A DNA stretch of 64,000 bases from Gammaproteobacteria bacterium (GTDB taxonomy: Bacteria > Pseudomonadota > Gammaproteobacteria > JBCCGL01). Where the stretch lies: assembly GCA_965277715.1 (NCBI GenBank), contig OZ255836.1, forward strand, positions 3,456,001-3,520,000, written 5' to 3'. Under the pieces are notes generated by a model. That model had not been told where the DNA came from. It saw only the letters and a program-made list of their open reading frames with translations, and searched no databases. Positions 61,216 to 64,000 of this stretch are shown here, in pieces. The position numbers were made by a program, and so were the translations under genes. Positions within the stretch are counted from its first letter, which is position 1, and every line of letters starts with the position of its first letter.

Positions 61216-62109
61216 ATGCAACACACGACACTACTCGCCCCGCAGACCAACTTTCGTGGTATTGCCTCAATGTTGCTCGCTGGGTTTTTCCTGAGCAGTA
61301 ACGATGCCATAACAAAATGGCTGGTGCCGCACTACCCGGTCGGGGAGATTCTGTTTATTCAGGCCGTATTAATCGCACTGCTGGTGTACATTGGGATGCG
61401 TATACGCGGTGAGAACCTGCTGCCCATTGTTAAATGGAAGGCACATTGCCTGCGCGGCCTGTTGTACGCGACGGGGTCGTTCGCCTTTGTCCACGCGCTG
61501 CGTTTTATGCCACTGGCAGAAGTGGTGGCAATTGCCTTTGCCGGGCCACTTTTTATGACGCTGTTTGGCCGGGTATTTCTGCAGGAGCACGTCGGCCTGC
61601 ACCGTTTATTCGCCGTCATTGTGGGATTTATCGGGGTCATTATCGTGATTCGCCCCGGCGCTGCGGTAATCCACTGGGCGGTATTCCTACCGCTGATTGT
61701 GGCAGTGGCCGATGCGTTTCGAGACATCATCACGCGCACCATGACCACCGGGGAATCATCGCAGCGAATCGTATTGACCACAGCGATTATTCTGGCGCTG
61801 ACGAGTGCCACTACCAGCGTCAGCGGGTGGCACAGCATCGAACAATCGCATTGGTTGTGGTTTGCACTCGGCGCGATATGTTTTGTGGTGGCGCATTTTT
61901 TCCTGATCGAAGCGTTTCGCCATGCACAGATAGTGGTGGTCGCGCCGTTTAAATATATCCAGCTTATCTGGAGTATCCTGGCAGGTTTATTGTTCTGGGG
62001 TGAAGTGCCAGAGCCTGTCGTGTTTCTCGGCATTGGCGTGATTACCAGCTCAGGGCTTTACATCGCCTGGCGGGAGGCATTGCAGCATCGGCGCCTTCGC
62101 AATAAATGA
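61216..62109 (+). CDS. DMT/EamA family transporter
   Basis: GFIGVIIVIRPG, VVAPFKYIQLIWS. Confidence 0.9.
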   Translation: MQHTTLLAPQTNFRGIASMLLAGFFLSSNDAITKWLVPHYPVGEILFIQAVLIALLVYIGMRIRGENLLPIVKWKAHCLRGLLYATGSFAFVHALRFMPLAEVVAIAFAGPLFMTLFGRVFLQEHVGLHRLFAVIVGFIGVIIVIRPGAAVIHWAVFLPLIVAVADAFRDIITRTMTTGESSQRIVLTTAIILALTSATTSVSGWHSIEQSHWLWFALGAICFVVAHFFLIEAFRHAQIVVVAPFKYIQLIWSILAGLLFWGEVPEPVVFLGIGVITSSGLYIAWREALQHRRLRNK

Positions 62110-62164
62110 TATGCTCTGTGTTAAAGCCTAGCCTGCTGCCCGCTTCAGAAAACGAGGTATTTCA

Positions 62165-62761
62165 ATGGAAGTTAAATTAAGCAAGCAACAAAAAGTCGCT
62201 ATTTATGGATCAAACGATGTTTATTTAATAATGCGCCAGATTTTGCGCAGAGAGAATAAAATCGGCCAGGGCCAGGAACACTTCTGGATGGTTGGCCTTA
62301 ATCCGATGCACAAAATTCTCTATATTGAACTGGCTGCTTTAGGCTCATCCAATATGGCGAATATCAAAGCCAGAGAAGCGTTTCGACTGGCGATTCACAA
62401 GTTGGCGTTTGAGGTAGTTTTGGTACATAACCACCCAAGTGGTCTGGCTGAACCTTCAGTGGCCGATAAAGATTTCACTGATTACTATATTCAGGCGGGT
62501 AGGTTTCTTAAAGTCGAGGTAGCTGACCATTTAATTCTTGGCGAAGACGATTATTTCAGCTTCGCAGATTCAGGGCTTCTTGATGAACTCAAACAAAGTA
62601 GAAAATATGAATTACCCGATATGATCGAGGCGAGAGCTGCGGCAAAAGCCAAGCAGGAGAAAACCGCTGAAATAGCAAAAGCATTAAAAGATAAGGAGAT
62701 GAGTGTGGATATCATTGCCGACGTTTTAGGGCTTTCAACTCAGGAAATTGAACAACTCTAA
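62165..62761 (+). CDS. RadC-like JAB domain protein with C-terminal HTH tail
   Basis: QEHFW, HNHPSG..PSVADK, DHLI. Confidence 0.88.
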   Translation: MEVKLSKQQKVAIYGSNDVYLIMRQILRRENKIGQGQEHFWMVGLNPMHKILYIELAALGSSNMANIKAREAFRLAIHKLAFEVVLVHNHPSGLAEPSVADKDFTDYYIQAGRFLKVEVADHLILGEDDYFSFADSGLLDELKQSRKYELPDMIEARAAAKAKQEKTAEIAKALKDKEMSVDIIADVLGLSTQEIEQL

Positions 62762-62976
62762 GGAACATGCATGAAACAACTTCCGTTTTTATTATATTAT
62801 TTCAATAATGTGTCATTTTTTAATAGCACACTCACGTCGACTCAGCTATAAGGCAAATTAACACATTTATGAACCCCGGCGTTTATTTCATGCATATTCT
62901 TAACGTTTACTTTATTTCTATGCAGGTAGCGTAGGGTGTTATAGGGTTTCTCTCGCGATGTTTTGGTGTTTTCTTT
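62762..62976 (+). repeat. Mosaic: family A MITE-like unit (62762-62900), A flank segment and family C repeat
   Basis: GGAACATGCATGAAACAA...TATTTCATGCATATTCT; TTCTATGCAGGTAGCGTAGGGTGTTATAG matches 8710-8738; 62934-62976 matches 40192-40237 inverted. Confidence 0.78.
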
Positions 62977-63145
62977 GTAACTACTCAGAATGGCTCCTCA
63001 CTATTTTGTATAGATGCCATTTTTCCTCGAAAACGGCAGGGTGAACGTAGTACTAAGCAGTTACCCCAACAGGAAAATATAATTGACATATAATATTCGC
63101 CATATATGATATGTAGCGTGTAAATACGGTACGTTCATATTTGTC

Positions 63146-63406
63146 ATGCAAAAAGCACAGGTTTTTCTACGTGAAGATCAAAAAGTTCAATTGCGGTCAA
63201 TCGCCCGGTTTACTGGCAGAAAGCAAAGCGAGTTGATACGCCGTGGTGTTGATCTTGCTATTGAAGAAGCGCAAAAGGGGGAGGGTAGCTGGCAAAAAGG
63301 CTGGTCCCAGGCCTGCGGCATTTGGCGTGATCGGGATGACATTGACGTAATAATAAAAGAATATCGCGCTGATATGGATACCAGAATAGATCAACTGCAG
63401 AAATGA
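63146..63406 (+). CDS. RHH/CopG antitoxin (VapB-like)
   Basis: MQKAQVFL...KQSELIRRGVD; GIWRDR; ATGA overlap with a PIN gene. Confidence 0.82.
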   Translation: MQKAQVFLREDQKVQLRSIARFTGRKQSELIRRGVDLAIEEAQKGEGSWQKGWSQACGIWRDRDDIDVIIKEYRADMDTRIDQLQK

Positions 63407-63777
63407 CCCCTGTTCTGCTGGACACTTGTATCGTCATTGATTACCTGCGGCAAAAGGATGGCGCTATAGTGTATGTCCATAGTCTTAAATCTACTCCACG
63501 CCTTTCCAGCATGACAATAATGGAGCTCTATGCAGGCATTAAAGGAAACAAAGAAAAACGCATGATAGAATCAATTGCTGCGCACTCTATTGTGCTTGAT
63601 GTTACCCACCCTATTGCAGTTCAATCCGGTGAATACTTAAAACAATATCGCCCCAGCCACGGCATCGGCGCTGTTGATTCCGTTATCGCGGCAACGGCTC
63701 AATTTCACGAGATTGCCCTGGCTACACTTAACGTGAAACACTTTCCCATGTTCAAAAACCTGCAAAAACCGTATTGA
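63403..63777 (+). CDS. vapC: PIN-domain toxin VapC
   Basis: LLDTCIVIDYLR...ELYAG...DSVIAATA...TLNVKHF. Confidence 0.92.
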   Translation: MTPVLLDTCIVIDYLRQKDGAIVYVHSLKSTPRLSSMTIMELYAGIKGNKEKRMIESIAAHSIVLDVTHPIAVQSGEYLKQYRPSHGIGAVDSVIAATAQFHEIALATLNVKHFPMFKNLQKPY

Positions 63778-64000
63778 GTTTTGATTTTCAGGTTGCCGCA
63801 GTGACTTGCATAAAGGCAGGCGCTAATACGACGCGGGAGCGTGAGCTGTTTGAGCTTAACTGATAATAATATTGCGAATGTCCAGGGACAGGCACTTAAA
63901 AATTCCTACAAAATAGAGGGTATCTTGCAAGCCCTTTGCCTTCAGGGAGAGGGGCTTTTAAGGCACTCGCTATAGTGTGTTGTAAGGGTTGACCAACTCT

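Overview
Gammaproteobacterial chromosomal window. The housekeeping backbone is hrpA, lptM-lysA-dapF-DUF484, rpoZ-spoT-ridA-recG and the cbb3 oxidase cluster ccoNOQP-ccoGHIS with fnr. Accessory DNA, gene remnants and small dispersed repeats interrupt it. The standout locus (23.1-31.4 kb) is a lasso-peptide-like RiPP operon: a precursor with a canonical leader and a 19-aa core ending in Ser, an AsnB-like cyclase lacking the catalytic Cys, a JmjC oxygenase and a sulfotransferase-fold protein. It is nested inside a DUF6916 / three tail-collar proteins / GNAT module. The in-cluster RRE and HPr-kinase-like genes are frameshifted remnants, intact paralogues lie at 34.4 kb and 7.7 kb, and no B2 peptidase is visible. 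The window also holds a 143-repeat type I-F CRISPR array with a leader but no cas genes, whose trailer end abuts a MITE-like element. Other elements are an FMN riboswitch with ribH2, an MttB/DMGDH-like methylamine island, an ArsR-ArsP pair, a vapBC pair and several small repeat families. All calls come from reading motifs; no database searches were run.
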